DNA of 24,000 nucleotides from contig OZ245058.1 of assembly GCA_965224595.1 (NCBI GenBank), positions 346,887 to 370,886 on the forward strand, in the 5' to 3' direction. Each line of letters begins with the position of its first letter. Within the stretch, counting starts at the first letter, position 1. Made by a program: the position numbers and the translations under genes. Positions 1 to 14,254 of this stretch are shown piece by piece. The notes beneath the pieces were generated by a model, which was not told where the DNA came from, did no database searches, and worked only from the letters and a program-made list of their open reading frames with translations. This stretch comes from Vibrionaceae bacterium. GTDB lineage: Bacteria; Pseudomonadota; Gammaproteobacteria; Enterobacterales; Vibrionaceae.

Positions 1-1121
1 CAGAAAAAGCAAAAATTGAACTCTCTTCTACGCAGCAAACAGATGTGAATCTTCCATACATCACTGCTGATGCAACCGGTCCTAAACACATGAACATCAA
101 AGTGACTCGCGCTAAGCTTGAGTCTCTTGTTGAAGATTTAGTAGAACGCACACTAAAACCTTTAGCTGTCGCACTGGCTGATTCTGATCTCTCTGTTGGG
201 GATATCACTGATGTTATCGTTGTTGGTGGCCAGACACGTATGCCTTTAGTTCAAGCTAAAGTTGAAGCGTTCTTCGGCAAAGCACCACGTAAAGACGTTA
301 ACCCTGATGAAGCAGTAGCAATGGGTGCTGCAGTTCAAGGTGGTGTACTTGCGGGCGACGTAACTGACGTTCTTCTTCTTGACGTAACTCCTTTGTCTCT
401 AGGTATTGAGACGATGGGTGGCGTGATGACTAAACTTGTTGAGAAAAACACAACGATTCCTACTAAAGCGAATCAAGTATTCTCAACAGCTGAAGATAAC
501 CAAAGTGCGGTAACGATTCACGTACTTCAAGGTGAGCGTAAGCAAGCATCTTTCAATAAGTCTCTTGGTCAATTCAACCTTGAAGGCATCCAAGCAGCGC
601 CACGCGGCATGGCTCAAATTGATGTTACTTTCGACCTTGATGCGGATGGTATCCTTCACGTTTCAGCGAAAGACAAAACAACAGGTAAAGAGCAGAAGAT
701 TACTATCCAAGCTTCTGGCGGCCTAAGCGATGCGGACATCGAGAAGATGGTTCAAGAAGCTGAAGCAAACAAAGAAGCAGACGCTAAATTTGAAGAGCTA
801 GTGATGGCTCGTAATCAAGCTGACCAAATGATCCACGGTACTCAAAAGCAAATTGAAGAAGCGGGTGACGCACTTCCAGCTGAAGAGAAAACAGCGATTG
901 AAGCCGCTATTACTGAGCTTGAAGAAGCGAAGAAAGGCAATGATAAAGAAGCCATTGATGCGAAAGTTCAAGCGCTTGTTACCGCGGCTCAAAAACTGAT
1001 GGAAATGGCACAGCAAAAAGCTCAAGCAGAGCAAAGTGCTGACGCTGGTGAAGAATCAAAGCAAGACGACGATGTTGTTGATGCTGAGTTTGAAGAAGTG
1101 AAAGACGAAGAGAAAAAATAA
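1..1121 (+). CDS. dnaK: Molecular chaperone DnaK (Hsp70), C-terminal part; the 5' end lies upstream of the window
   Basis: Frame 3 is open from nt 3 and reads [47 protein letters not shown]... This is the Hsp70 substrate-binding and lid region, with acidic tail [11 protein letters not shown]. The MNLPY start in the ORF track is internal. dnaJ follows. Confidence 0.97.
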   Translation, partial: EKAKIELSSTQQTDVNLPYITADATGPKHMNIKVTRAKLESLVEDLVERTLKPLAVALADSDLSVGDITDVIVVGGQTRMPLVQAKVEAFFGKAPRKDVNPDEAVAMGAAVQGGVLAGDVTDVLLLDVTPLSLGIETMGGVMTKLVEKNTTIPTKANQVFSTAEDNQSAVTIHVLQGERKQASFNKSLGQFNLEGIQAAPRGMAQIDVTFDLDADGILHVSAKDKTTGKEQKITIQASGGLSDADIEKMVQEAEANKEADAKFEELVMARNQADQMIHGTQKQIEEAGDALPAEEKTAIEAAITELEEAKKGNDKEAIDAKVQALVTAAQKLMEMAQQKAQAEQSADAGEESKQDDDVVDAEFEEVKDEEKK

Positions 1122-1148
1122 GACCGTAAGTTCTTAATTTTCTTTTGG

Positions 1149-1180
1149 TACGGGCGTTAAGGGAGACCTTTACGCCCGTG
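1149..1180 (+). other. Intergenic stem-loop between dnaK and dnaJ (possible partial attenuator or mRNA processing/stability element)
   Basis: CGGGCGTTAAGG (1151-1162) pairs with CCTTTACGCCCG (1167-1178) with one mismatch and loop GAGA. No clear U-tract follows, so it is not a canonical terminator. Confidence 0.35.
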
Positions 1181-1284
1181 CTTGTATCTTAAAGTAACGA
1201 TAAGCAATCCAGATAATTGCTTGAAATTATTATTAATTTTCGATCCATCATCTGGATTGATATGAAGACTAGGTGTTTGTCATT

Positions 1285-2418
1285 ATGTCTAAACGTGATT
1301 ATTACGAAGTACTTGGTATTAGCCGTGATACTTCTGAGCGTGATATTAAAAAGGCGTATAAGCGTCTAGCGATGAAGCTTCACCCCGATCGTAATCAGGG
1401 CAATGAAGAGTCAGCTGAAAAATTCAAAGAAGTTAAAGAAGCGTACGAGATCTTAACCGATGGACAAAAGCGCGCCGCTTACGATCAGCACGGACATGCA
1501 GCCTTCGAACAAGGTAGTATGGGCGGCGGCGGTGGTCAAGGCGATTTCGGTGACATTTTTGGTGATGTTTTCGGTGACATTTTTGGCGGTGGTCGTCGTG
1601 GTGGTGGTCAACAACGCGCGCAACGTGGATCTGATTTACGTTACAACATGGAGCTTAACTTAGAAGAAGCGGTTCGTGGCTGTGAAAAAGCGATAGAAGT
1701 TCCTACTTTGGTTGGTTGTGATATTTGTCATGGCTCGGGTGCTAAGAAAGGCACTTCAGCTCAAACTTGTGGTACTTGTCATGGTCAAGGCCAAGTACAG
1801 ATGCGTCAAGGTTTCTTCGCTGTTCAGCAAGCGTGTCCAACGTGTCATGGTCGCGGCAAGATCATCAAAGAGCCGTGTGGCAGTTGTCATGGACAAGGAC
1901 GTAAGAACAAGACTAAGACATTGAATGTAAAAATCCCTTCTGGTGTCGATACTGGCGATCGCATTCGTCTATCAGGTGAAGGCGAAGCCGGAGAGTTTGG
2001 TGCTCCATCCGGTGATTTGTATGTTCAAGTACATGTTCGTGATCATAAGATATTTGAACGCGATGGCAATAACCTTTATTGCGAAGTTCCCGTCAGTTTT
2101 ACCATGTCTGCATTAGGTGGTGAAGTTGAAGTTCCAACACTTGATGGCCGAGTAAGCTTGAAAGTTCCGGCAGAAACGCAAACCGGTCGTATGTTCCGCA
2201 TGCGTGGTAAAGGCGTTAAATCTGTGCGTGGTGGTGGCGTTGGTGATTTGATCTGCAAATTAGTGGTTGAAACTCCGGTTAAGTTAAGTTCGCGTCAAAA
2301 AGATCTGTTGAAAGAGTTTGAAGATACTTGCGCGGGCAAACATGCTGAGAAGCATAAACCAAAAGCGGATGGTTTCTTTAAAGGGGTTAAGAACTTCTTT
2401 GATGATCTAACCAGCTAA
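1285..2418 (+). CDS. dnaJ: Co-chaperone DnaJ (Hsp40)
   Basis: Has a J-domain ([11 protein letters not shown]...HPDRN), a G/F-rich region and four CxxCxGxG zinc-finger repeats ([32 protein letters not shown]). ATG 1285 is preferred over the GTG at 1273 in the ORF track. Confidence 0.96.
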   Translation: MSKRDYYEVLGISRDTSERDIKKAYKRLAMKLHPDRNQGNEESAEKFKEVKEAYEILTDGQKRAAYDQHGHAAFEQGSMGGGGGQGDFGDIFGDVFGDIFGGGRRGGGQQRAQRGSDLRYNMELNLEEAVRGCEKAIEVPTLVGCDICHGSGAKKGTSAQTCGTCHGQGQVQMRQGFFAVQQACPTCHGRGKIIKEPCGSCHGQGRKNKTKTLNVKIPSGVDTGDRIRLSGEGEAGEFGAPSGDLYVQVHVRDHKIFERDGNNLYCEVPVSFTMSALGGEVEVPTLDGRVSLKVPAETQTGRMFRMRGKGVKSVRGGGVGDLICKLVVETPVKLSSRQKDLLKEFEDTCAGKHAEKHKPKADGFFKGVKNFFDDLTS

Positions 2419-2445
2419 ATCGAGAATTTTCGATAATTGAACAGA

Positions 2446-2478
2446 AAAGCAAAGGCAGCGATGTCTTTGCTTTTTTTT
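2446..2478 (+). terminator. Rho-independent terminator of dnaJ, probably bidirectional (also serves the convergent pilE-like gene)
   Basis: AAAGCAAAGGCA (2446-2457) pairs with TGTCTTTGCTTT (2462-2473) around loop GCGA, followed by a T8 run to 2478. The reverse strand gives the same hairpin followed by TTTCTGTT. Confidence 0.8.
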
Positions 2479-2479
2479 G

Positions 2480-2917
2480 CTACCAACAACCGTCCACACT
2501 TTCACCGCCTTGATACGCTTGGCGAACGCCTGCGGCATTAATCGATAACACGCCGCATTGATCCACATTCTGAGTTGAGCCAGCCTGTGGGGTGGCAATC
2601 AAGCGATAGCGGTTCACTCCTGATCCCATCGAGTAACTGATTCGATAACGTTCAATGTCGGACTCACAGATGCTGCAACTGTGGTCTGCAATCAACGAGA
2701 GATCATAACTGCCACTGTAATTCATCTCTAGCTGCATTTGAATAGCCATTAAATCACTCATCGCTTGAACACGATGGGCTTTTAAAATATGGCGCTGCAG
2801 TGATGGATAAGCAATAGAAGAGAGTAACCCTACTACAATCATCACGACTAACAATTCGATCAATGTCACTCCACGACAACTTTGAATGTCACTGTTTAAG
2901 CGGCTTTTATGAATCAT
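2480..2917 (-). CDS. pilE: Type IV minor pilin, PilE-like
   Basis: Prepilin motif ...SCRG|VTLIELLVVMIVVG with Glu5. The C-terminus ...GGESVDGCW resembles the P. aeruginosa PilE end (...NDCWR). AGGAG lies 7 nt upstream of ATG 2917. Confidence 0.75.
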   Translation of the reverse strand: MIHKSRLNSDIQSCRGVTLIELLVVMIVVGLLSSIAYPSLQRHILKAHRVQAMSDLMAIQMQLEMNYSGSYDLSLIADHSCSICESDIERYRISYSMGSGVNRYRLIATPQAGSTQNVDQCGVLSINAAGVRQAYQGGESVDGCW

Positions 2918-3018
2918 GCTGGTGCTCCTGATGTTTTATCACTGATCTTTTTAGTCGGTGCTGGTTTCTTTATCCATTTTCTACAAAAATCAGACTCTCT
3001 AATAAAGGGAAATGGGAA

Positions 3019-3561
3019 ATGGTTCGCGGATTTAGCTTAATAGAGTTACTGGTTGCGGTCGTAATTGTAGGGGTGATAGCAAATGCCTCGATACCGCTGT
3101 TTGGCCAGACGATTCACCGTAATAGAACAAAAGGTTTGGTTACGGAATTAGAGTGGTTTTTAATTGCAGCCAAATCTGAAGCCATTGCTCGTAATCAGAT
3201 TTTAACGGTTCACTACGTTAGAAATGATGAAAACTACACTCACTATCAACCAGATGGAGAGTGGGTGATTGTATTGGTGACCCAACAGAGCTCAGAGGAG
3301 GTCATTGACATTGCATCTGCTCAATCAAACGCCATCACGTTGCTTAAGGGCGAAAAATTCAAAGGGATCGATTTTAAAATAGGGCACATGAGTTTTCAGC
3401 AATTTGATATTGAGCCGATTCGTGGGTCAAGCAATCGTTCAGGAAGTTATTGGATTCAAGACAGTAGTGAGCAACAAGTAAAGGTGATGATGAACTTAGG
3501 CACTGGGCGAATTCGCAGCTGTGGTTATTCGGGGAGTTATCTTGGCTATCGTCGCTGTTAA
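3019..3561 (+). CDS. fimT: Type IV minor pilin, FimT/FimU class (GspH-like)
   Basis: Leader MVRG|FSLIELLVAVVIVG (class III signal, Glu5). The N-terminal helix region ...FGQTIHRNRTKGLVTELEWFLIAAKSEAIARNQ is typical of the GspH/FimT family. GRIR motif near the C-terminus. Confidence 0.7.
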   Translation: MVRGFSLIELLVAVVIVGVIANASIPLFGQTIHRNRTKGLVTELEWFLIAAKSEAIARNQILTVHYVRNDENYTHYQPDGEWVIVLVTQQSSEEVIDIASAQSNAITLLKGEKFKGIDFKIGHMSFQQFDIEPIRGSSNRSGSYWIQDSSEQQVKVMMNLGTGRIRSCGYSGSYLGYRRC

Positions 3562-4186
3562 TATAACGCAGCATCAGCAGCAAGGGATGACTCTGCTTGA
3601 GGTGTTAGTCTCAGCGGCAATCACGTTAGTCACATTAGTTGGAGTGGTGTCACTCTATTTAGCGGGCACGCAGTTGGCTTTGAAGCAACACCAGCAGTTA
3701 CTGTTGGCCCACGGATTAAATGATGCGATGCAATTGATCAGTTCGGAGTTATTACGATCAGGGTATTCGTATCAATCCAGGCCATATCGGTTATCAGGTG
3801 CAGAACAGGTGATCGTTGCCGATGCTTCTGCCAGCACACCATCAATTTCAATGCTCTATCAACAGAGCGATCACCAATGGCAGGTGGCCACTTTTCGATA
3901 TAAACCGAGCATAGATGTTTTGCAGTATTGTTATAAATCGGTGGCCTTTTCTGATGATGAGGTTCCTTTTATGGAAGCCGATTGGGCGTGCAGTGCTGGC
4001 GCTGTGCGTTCATTGGTGGATCAGAGTGTAGTGAAAATTCGTGATTTTAGTTTTACTCAGACGGAGTTTGACAGGGAGGGCGGAAATTTTATTACTCTTG
4101 AACTTACGATGAAGGGCCAGTTAACGGCAGCGCCGCAATTTACTAAAACGTTGCACAACCAGCTTACCATTAGGAACTCATATTGA
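3542..4186 (+). CDS. pilW: Type IV minor pilin, PilW-like (start uncertain)
   Basis: Prepilin motif QQQG|MTLLEVLVSAAITL with Glu5. Candidate starts are GTG 3521 (ORF track, no SD), TTG 3542 (GGGGAG 5 nt upstream, preferred) and ATG 3587 (no leader). The gene overlaps the fimT-like 3' end. Confidence 0.6.
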   Translation: MAIVAVNITQHQQQGMTLLEVLVSAAITLVTLVGVVSLYLAGTQLALKQHQQLLLAHGLNDAMQLISSELLRSGYSYQSRPYRLSGAEQVIVADASASTPSISMLYQQSDHQWQVATFRYKPSIDVLQYCYKSVAFSDDEVPFMEADWACSAGAVRSLVDQSVVKIRDFSFTQTEFDREGGNFITLELTMKGQLTAAPQFTKTLHNQLTIRNSY

Positions 4187-5433
4187 TGAGGTTTCGCGTG
4201 CAAGGGGCCGCAAGTTTATTGATAACCAGCCTATTACTGCTGTTGATTTTGGTGGTCACTCTGTCTAACTACAAACGTGTTTTTTATCAGATAAAAAGGG
4301 CACAAAATGAGGTGTGGGCCCAGCAGCAGTTTTGGTTGACAGAGTCGGCACTGGAGTGCGCTTTTTCCATTATCTCTATCATGAAAAAAATCCCAGATGA
4401 TCTTAAGCAGCAATGCCAAGCAGTGGGAATAGACGCTGATACACTAACAGTTAGCCAAAATCTGCCGACAACACTTACTGCCCAAACCAACAACAGCAAG
4501 CAAATCAGTAAACAATTACGCCTCTATAACGATCGATACGCTGGCATTATTCAGTCCCGTTCTGATTTGGTTTTTAATGGAGATTTCTCTTTTACCCCTG
4601 ATGCACGGCAGACCAATGAAGAGGGGGATTGGCTGTGTAAATTGGTGAGTTATCAAGCTAACTTGTGGTTAAACGGCCAACTGAGTAATCATAATTTGGA
4701 TAACTCAACACCGCCATATTCTGACTTTCCTGCCGATCAAACCTGTGCAGACACGCATTGGACACAAAGTGTTTTGCAATCCGATATTACCAATGATGAA
4801 AATTATGATCTTTTTATGGACCGCTTTGATGTGCCAAGATCGAAATGGAAGCAGCTCATGTATGGTGGTGAGTTCTACCAAATCCCGCAAGGCTTACCTG
4901 ATTTCGATAACGTTTTACCGCCCTCGACAGAGATAGTCGATTGCGGCAGTAAAATTGTGGCGGCTATTGAAGCGAACCATGATCTGATTTGGTTATATGG
5001 CAGCTGCGATTTGAAACAGAGTGAGTTGGATGTGGTCAGCATTGAGCTGGCTATTGAGGCTAACGCGACTATTGAGGGGATCATCATCGTGGTTCAAGAT
5101 GGACTTTTCTCTACCAACAGTGAGCAGAGCTTGCGGGCTTTGATATATCAGATAGTGACAGAGCCGAGTGCATTTACCCCGAGTGAAGCTCTATGGAGCG
5201 CAACGGAAGCGCATCAACTGAGTCCGGTGCCACTCGGCTTGGATCTGACACAACTGATCTTTTATCAGAGTAACCGTTTTTATGCCCAAGCGGGTTATGT
5301 CCTTGATGCACCCAACCTAACCGCACTGTTTTCTGCGGATATTAATGGGTTGTTTAAAGGGGATCTGATTGATGTACCTCTGAGTAAAATTAGAGACACT
5401 CGCTGGGTAATAGGATCATGGCGTGATTTCTAA
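4186..5433 (+). CDS. Large PilX/GspK-class minor-pilin-like protein (no Glu5), function unknown
   Basis: The N-terminus MRFRVQG|AASLLITSLLLLLILVV resembles the PilX N-terminal segment (QRGATLVIAL...) and lacks Glu at +5. I recognise no motifs in the remaining ~380 aa. ATG 4186 overlaps the pilW-like stop (TGATG); a TTG at 4183 is an alternative start. Confidence 0.55.
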   Translation: MRFRVQGAASLLITSLLLLLILVVTLSNYKRVFYQIKRAQNEVWAQQQFWLTESALECAFSIISIMKKIPDDLKQQCQAVGIDADTLTVSQNLPTTLTAQTNNSKQISKQLRLYNDRYAGIIQSRSDLVFNGDFSFTPDARQTNEEGDWLCKLVSYQANLWLNGQLSNHNLDNSTPPYSDFPADQTCADTHWTQSVLQSDITNDENYDLFMDRFDVPRSKWKQLMYGGEFYQIPQGLPDFDNVLPPSTEIVDCGSKIVAAIEANHDLIWLYGSCDLKQSELDVVSIELAIEANATIEGIIIVVQDGLFSTNSEQSLRALIYQIVTEPSAFTPSEALWSATEAHQLSPVPLGLDLTQLIFYQSNRFYAQAGYVLDAPNLTALFSADINGLFKGDLIDVPLSKIRDTRWVIGSWRDF

Positions 5434-5827
5434 TCGTGGGTTTAGCTTGATAGAGGTACTCGTTGCGACAACGCTGTTCATGGTCGCGTTTACGGGCTTG
5501 GTGAAGTTGCAGATCATGATGGAAAGAAACGCTGAGTTTGCGCTAAAAAGTATTGATGCACTCTACGCGGCTAAATCTCAAATGGAGAAATTTCGAGCAC
5601 ACTCAGAGCATGGTAGTCCAACGACCTTTGAGCAGATAACGTCTCAAAGTAGTCCGATAATGCTTAACGGTATGAAGCTAACGTGGAGCGTTGAAAATCA
5701 CCTAGCAGTTGACGGTATCACGCGATTAAAAAGTGTCACGATTATCGCCGCGTGGGATAACCGATGGCAACAGAGTGAGTCGGTCTCTTTGACTGGCTCA
5801 CTCTCTCGTTACAGCGGTGATTACTGA
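5423..5827 (+). CDS. pilV: Type IV minor pilin, PilV-like
   Basis: Leader MISNRG|FSLIEVLVATTLFMVAFTGL is typical of PilV. The GTG start overlaps the upstream gene by 11 nt, suggesting translational coupling. Confidence 0.7.
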   Translation: MISNRGFSLIEVLVATTLFMVAFTGLVKLQIMMERNAEFALKSIDALYAAKSQMEKFRAHSEHGSPTTFEQITSQSSPIMLNGMKLTWSVENHLAVDGITRLKSVTIIAAWDNRWQQSESVSLTGSLSRYSGDY

Positions 5828-5831
5828 TTAT

Positions 5832-6986
5832 TTAACCGATTAAAGATAACAGCATACCCGCTGTTATGTAGATCCCTACCATCGCAATGATGGGTAATTT
5901 GATGCTTTTAAGCAGGTAGACTCCCACTATGACCAGCGCCATATCGATGCCATTTCCTACTGCACTTTGAAACACAGGCTGATAGAGCGCGGAGAGCAGT
6001 AGCCCGACAACCGCTGCATTTACTCCATTCATTGCGCCGGACAGTGCTGGAATTGCAGCCAGCTGTTGCCAATTTTTTAACACCACCAGTACCAGCAAGA
6101 ACCCAGGTAAAAATACGGCGAGTGTGGCGATAAGTGCGCCCCAAATCGGCGCACTTGGTAGCAGTTCATAACCGAGAAAGGTGGCAAAGGTGAACATGGG
6201 GCCAGGAACGGCTTGAGCTGTGGCATAACCCGTTAAAAAGGCATCTTGTGACAGTTGGTCACCAACAATGTTTTCCAGCAGTGGCAGCACTACGTGACCG
6301 CCACCAAAAACTAAACTGCCGGCTTGGAAGAAGTTTGAGAACAGCGCTATCTGCTCAGATAAGTGTGCCAATAAGGGAAGGCCGATGAGTAACCCAATAA
6401 AGATAAACAGTGGCGGCCAATTTATCTGCAACGACTTCTTTGCGGTATCTGCGGGTTGATGGTTATCTAACAGTTTATAACGTCCCACTAAAGCGGCGAA
6501 CAACAGGACTGCAATTTGAGTACTTATTGAGGGAGCAATTAACAGTGCCATCGCCGTGAATACGGCCAGCGCAGCCCCCACTTTTTGTTGGCAAAAGTTA
6601 TTGAACATGCCCCATGCTGCGTCGGCCACCACAATGACGGCTAATATTTTCAAACCGTGTACGGCACCTTGAAAAAAGCGGTTGTCGGTTAACACGGTAC
6701 TCAGAGCGGCAATCACCAACATCAGCATGACAGAGGGCAGAGTAAAGCCTAAAAATGCGGCGATAGCCCCTAAAACTCCGCCACGATGATAGCCGATAGA
6801 GAAACCGACTTGGCTTGAACCTGGGCCGGGTAGAAACTGACTAAGCGCGACAAACTGCCCATACTCTTTATCGCTTAACCATTGGTGTTTTTCGACAAAC
6901 GTGTGTCTAAAATAGCCGATATGGGCAGCGGGACCGCCAAAACTGACCCAACCGAGCATAAAGAACTTAACAAAAATATCGAGCAT
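5832..6986 (-). CDS. chrA: Chromate ion transporter (CHR family, two-domain form)
   Basis: Contains MLDIFVKFFMLGWVSFGGPAAHIGYF...FLPGPGSSQ and a second half ...FGGGHVVLPLL...AVPGPMF. ATG 6986 was chosen because the ORF-track extension to 7178 runs across the divergent LysR gene start. Confidence 0.85.
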   Translation of the reverse strand: MLDIFVKFFMLGWVSFGGPAAHIGYFRHTFVEKHQWLSDKEYGQFVALSQFLPGPGSSQVGFSIGYHRGGVLGAIAAFLGFTLPSVMLMLVIAALSTVLTDNRFFQGAVHGLKILAVIVVADAAWGMFNNFCQQKVGAALAVFTAMALLIAPSISTQIAVLLFAALVGRYKLLDNHQPADTAKKSLQINWPPLFIFIGLLIGLPLLAHLSEQIALFSNFFQAGSLVFGGGHVVLPLLENIVGDQLSQDAFLTGYATAQAVPGPMFTFATFLGYELLPSAPIWGALIATLAVFLPGFLLVLVVLKNWQQLAAIPALSGAMNGVNAAVVGLLLSALYQPVFQSAVGNGIDMALVIVGVYLLKSIKLPIIAMVGIYITAGMLLSLIG

Positions 6987-7083
6987 CTGAGTAACCCTTA
7001 ATAAAAAACGGATGAAAATATCTACTGCACTGAAGATAATAAAAAAGATACAATGATTCAAATTGATTGTTTTGGTTGTGGTT

Positions 7084-8016
7084 ATGAATAAAATTAATTG
7101 GCGTGCGGTGGATCTCAATTTACTGGTGGTTTTTGACACCTTGATGACACAACGAAGTGTCTCTAAAGCGGCGGACAAACTCTCTGTTGGTCAGTCGGCG
7201 ATGAGCCACAGTTTGTCGAGATTGAGAGTGCTGCTCGGTGATCCCCTGTTTGAGCGGCAGGGTCAGCTGATGATGCCCAGTAAAAAGGCACTAGAGTTGG
7301 CACCCGTCATCACTCATATCCTCACACAGATCTCTGAGCAGGTTCTGCACTCTGCTGGTTTTGAGCCTAATGAGTACCAAGGGAAGTTAAAGATTGGTCT
7401 GACTGATTATGCAGAGCTGCTGTTTGCTCCTGCGCTGTTTGATGCGATTTTGCAACAAGCTCCTTTGAGCCAGATCTGTTTTTATAATGTGGATCGAAGC
7501 CGTTATCAACAGGCATTTATCGATTATCAACTCGACTTTATGATTGGTAGCATTGGGGAGACAACCAGCCACTTTCAACGCTCGCACCTCTATACTGAGC
7601 AGCATGTCTGCCTGTTTGATCCGGTTTCAACGGGGATTAATGTGCCTATCTCGATGAGTGATTACTTGTCGGTTCCCCATGCATTAGCCAGTCCAAACGG
7701 ACAGTTGACCAGTAGTGTCGACAGTCAGCTGGCGGAGCTGGACAAACAGCGAACGGTGAGTATCACATCACGTAATTTTTTAACCCTACGTCACTTGATA
7801 CGAGGTCGAAAGTTATTGTGCGTGGTGCCTGAATTGATGGCTAAACTGGACCTCTTCACACATGATCTCGCGTGCGATAAAGCGCCAGTAGAGGTGCCCG
7901 ATTTTGATATTGATATGCTGTGGGAGAAAAGAGATGATCAACATGTCAGAAGTCTTTGGTTGCGAGGGGTAGCGAGTGAAGCAATATTAAATGAGGTTAG
8001 CCGCTTAAAAGAGTGA
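7084..8016 (+). CDS. LysR-family transcriptional regulator
   Basis: N-terminal wHTH MNKINWRAVDLNLLVVFDTLMTQRSVSKAADKLSVGQSAMSHSLSRLR. Divergent from chrA across a 97-bp spacer. Confidence 0.88.
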   Translation: MNKINWRAVDLNLLVVFDTLMTQRSVSKAADKLSVGQSAMSHSLSRLRVLLGDPLFERQGQLMMPSKKALELAPVITHILTQISEQVLHSAGFEPNEYQGKLKIGLTDYAELLFAPALFDAILQQAPLSQICFYNVDRSRYQQAFIDYQLDFMIGSIGETTSHFQRSHLYTEQHVCLFDPVSTGINVPISMSDYLSVPHALASPNGQLTSSVDSQLAELDKQRTVSITSRNFLTLRHLIRGRKLLCVVPELMAKLDLFTHDLACDKAPVEVPDFDIDMLWEKRDDQHVRSLWLRGVASEAILNEVSRLKE

Positions 8017-8028
8017 GGGTGTAGATAA

Positions 8029-8059
8029 CAGACAACCATCAATTTCTGATGGCTGTCTG
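8029..8059. terminator. Stem-loop between the convergent LysR gene and the APC permease gene (weak terminator candidate)
   Basis: CAGACAACCATCA (8029-8041) pairs with TGATGGCTGTCTG (8047-8059) with one mismatch and a 5-nt loop. There is no strong U-tract on either strand. Confidence 0.45.
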
Positions 8060-8068
8060 CTGAGTGGG

Positions 8069-13099
<5,031 letters not shown>

Positions 13100-13100
13100 G

Positions 13101-13114
13101 TGTAAACGTTTTCC
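13101..13114. promoter_or_regulatory. GalR/LacI-type operator-like site upstream of ebgA
   Basis: TGTAAACGTTTTCC matches the perfect palindrome TGTAAACGTTTACA (found at 14404-14417) at 12 of 14 positions. The 12-mer GTGTAAACGTTT is identical at both sites. Confidence 0.5.
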
Positions 13115-13170
13115 TTTAAGTGGATCACGTTTCGCTTTCAATTATGTGATCTAGGTTAAAAAATAGGCAT

Positions 13171-13201
13171 AAAAAAAGAGCAAGTCGGTAGACTTGCTCT
13201 T
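13171..13201 (-). terminator. Rho-independent terminator of ebgR
   Basis: On the minus strand, AAGAGCAAGTC-TACC-GACTTGCTCTT forms an 11-bp perfect stem followed by a T7 run. It begins 25 nt past the ebgR stop. Confidence 0.85.
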
Positions 13202-13225
13202 AGTGATTTTGATTTTTCTGGTCAG

Positions 13226-14254
<1,029 letters not shown>

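Noticed and set aside
532-1034. ORF-track ORFs 532-726 (+) and 798-1034 (-) inside dnaK. Similar internal or antisense ORFs occur elsewhere: 1460-1663, 1712-1924, 2076-2258, 4234-4499, 4705-5087, 5908-6144, 7387-7605, 8889-9146, 10275-10644, 11250-11475, 12295-12902, 13832-14333, 14847-15470, 15725-15931, 16550-17211, 17481-17696, 20666-21486, 21905-22216 and 22951-23187.
   Set aside because: All are fully embedded in, or antisense to, strongly supported conserved genes. They have low-complexity or biased translations and no SD/start support.
1545-1586. 18-nt direct repeat TTTCGGTGACATTTTTGG at 1545-1562 and 1569-1586.
   Set aside because: It encodes the DnaJ G/F-rich linker ([17 protein letters not shown]). 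This is a coding low-complexity repeat, not a genomic repeat element.
2407-2598. 63-aa ORF on the minus strand spanning the dnaJ terminator.
   Set aside because: It overlaps the pilE-like gene in another frame and crosses the terminator hairpin. The translation is not protein-like.
2918-3018. Search for a CRP-S / TfoX-type site (TGCGA-N6-TCGCA) or a clear sigma70 promoter in the divergent pilin promoter region.
   Set aside because: Only small dyads were found (TGAT-N5-ATCA, ATCA-C-TGAT). Nothing matches the CRP or CRP-S half-sites well enough to call.
3521-3545. Apparent second prepilin-like motif MVIRG|VILAIVAV at the GTG 3521 start.
   Set aside because: It has no Glu at +5 and lies within the fimT-like coding region. 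The genuine motif is QQQG|MTLLEV further downstream.
7019-7038. Inverted repeat TATCT-N10-AGATA in the chrA/LysR intergenic region as a possible LysR T-N11-A box.
   Set aside because: The arms are only 5 bp in an AT-rich spacer, and the spacing does not fit a clean T-N11-A dyad. It is too weak to report as a feature.
6987-7178. N-terminal extension of the chrA ORF (track start 7178).
   Set aside because: The extension has no CHR-family similarity and runs across the divergent LysR gene start. ATG 6986 gives the canonical MLDIFVKFF...FGGPAAH N-terminus.
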